Assembly (NCBI RefSeq): GCF_963506605.1
Contig: NC_083289.1
Span: 27,900,001-27,964,000 of the forward strand
Length of the DNA: 64,000 nucleotides
From: Zootoca vivipara
Lineage: Eukaryota
Direction: 5' to 3'
A model generated the notes under the pieces. It did not search any database, was not told the DNA's origin, and saw only the letters and a list, made by a program, of their open reading frames with translations. Positions 62,430 to 64,000 of the stretch are shown in pieces; position 1 is the stretch's first letter; each line of letters opens with the position of its first letter. A program made the position numbers and the translations under genes.

Positions 62430-63696
62430 CTCTAGTTTATTAAAGAGGAATTTACATTCCTGCACTGTGGGGGGGGGTTTGAACTAGATGACTCTTGGGG
62501 TCCCTTCCAACTCTACAGTTCCATGATTCTATGAATTTCCAAACTCCCAGAGCCCCTCAGCTATCAAAGGAGCAGCAGAAGGGGACTGGAAGTTCCTCCT
62601 TTCTCCGCCACGGTCCACAGAGCTGCAGGGAGATGGCTGTTGCCCATGGCTGGCTGGGAACAAACAGTGTGGCTCTTTGAGCCACGTGTGGGCTGAAGTT
62701 GAGAAGCTGCTCCGGGTTCCCTTGGCAAGGCCGGAGCACCAGCCGCCCACACCTATGCCAGGCCTGTGTTGCCACCCAGGAGGAAGAGCAGGGCTGGGAG
62801 AACTTTTCAGCCTTTTAGTGAAGCAGGAGCAGGAACGGGCTGGAACTTGTCCAGTGGCAAACAATCAGGCACAGGCTTGCTTGAAACACACAGAACAGGC
62901 TGTGCTGCAGAGCTGGAGTCGTGCAACAGGGAAGGTCACCCAAGGTCACCTGGGTTGGGCTTCGCAATCCAGCGCAGAGGCTGTTCCCAGACTCTGCAGG
63001 CAGGCTCCCAGGGAGAGTCCCTGTGATGGGTGCCACACCCAGGTACTCTGCCCTTCCCTCCCTTCTGCTGAAGCTACACAGACCCCGCCAGCCTCCCCAG
63101 CCAGTCCTCTAGGCACCCACAGCATGGTAACTCTGGCTTACGCTCCAAAATGAGAGGTCCTGGGGCTGAAAGCTGTGCCCTTGAGACCTCAGCTGTGTGC
63201 CAGTTCAAATAGGTAGGTGCCGGTGCCCCACAAGGAGTTGGGCCAAGAATGGCAATGGGTGACTCACAGGGTCCCCTCCCCCAACAACTCAATAGGGTCC
63301 CATCCTGCACTGCAGCTGAATCATCCAGCAGTTTCAGGTACCCTCAGGCAGAGGTGAGTCATTTCCTGTTAGCAAGAGCCCTGACTGGAAGCTACCAGGC
63401 CCTTGCAGGAGGGTCTTTCCCCCAGAGTCAGGTGTCACCTCTGCTCTGAAGCGGAAGGGGAAAGGAGCACAGGCAGAGTCATCCCAGGTGTGGAGGTGGA
63501 GGGGAATTTCGAGCAGCAGCCAGCTCTTCCTCAGGGAGTCCCTCACCTCACACACACCCCACCCCCAAATGCAAGAGGGAACCAGTAAGCCAGTTGTTGA
63601 GATTTTGGCGTGTGCCATACAACAGCCTCTGGGAATGTTGCCTTGCCCAAGGCTGTTATGGAGACAACGACACCATGAGCGCCACCAGTTACCATA

Positions 63697-64000
63697 GGTA
63701 AAAGGTAAAGGGGACCCCTGACCATTAGGTCCAGTCGTGACCGACTCTGGGGTTGCGCGCTCATCTCGCATTATTGGCCGAGGGAGCCGGCGTATAGCTT
63801 CCAGGTCATGTGGCCAGCATGACAAAGCCGCTTCTGGCAAACCAGAGCAGCACATGGAAACGCCGTTTACCTTCCCGCTGTAGCGGTTCCTATTTATCTA
63901 CTTGCATTTTGACGTGCTTTCGAACTGCTAGGTTGGCAGGAGCTGGGACCAAGCAACGGGAGCTCACCCCGTCACAGGGATTCGAACCGCCGACCTTCTG
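63697..64000 (-). mobile_element. Sauria SINE (5' end runs off the window)
   Basis: AAAGGTAAAG tail, GGGACCCCTGACCATTAGGTCCAGTC body, B-box GGTTCGAATCC on the - strand. Confidence 0.92.

Noticed and set aside
49350-64000. Search for SEMA4B exon 2 (NYTALLL...LYVGARE)
   Set aside because: No such peptide found by eye or in the ORF track; region treated as intron 1.

Overview
Vertebrate genomic DNA from a squamate reptile, probably a lacertid lizard given the Sauria-SINE, Squam3-like SINE, CR1 and hAT-MITE content. The window carries the gene block syntenic with human 15q26.1: ARPIN exon 1 (- strand, gene leaves the window on the left), complete ZNF710 (+, 4 coding exons, 650 aa, 11 C2H2 fingers), complete IDH2 (-, 11 exons, 451 aa) tail-to-tail with ZNF710, and the first coding exon of SEMA4B (+; I found no exon 2 in the window). 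All coding exon borders were read from the sequence (GT/AG, phases consistent). Most other ORFs in the track are noise or antisense shadows. I see no convincing wholly new multi-gene system. The best leads are: an orphan CpG island with paired CTCF-like sites that may be a distal SEMA4B promoter; a possible ARPIN/ZNF710 shared promoter; an unclassified fold-back insertion with a long flanking duplication; a long hAT element with a foreign GC-rich interior; unusual substitutions in IDH2 and ZNF710; and a uORF cluster in front of ZNF710. Comparisons with human proteins and repeat-family names are from memory and need checking by alignment.
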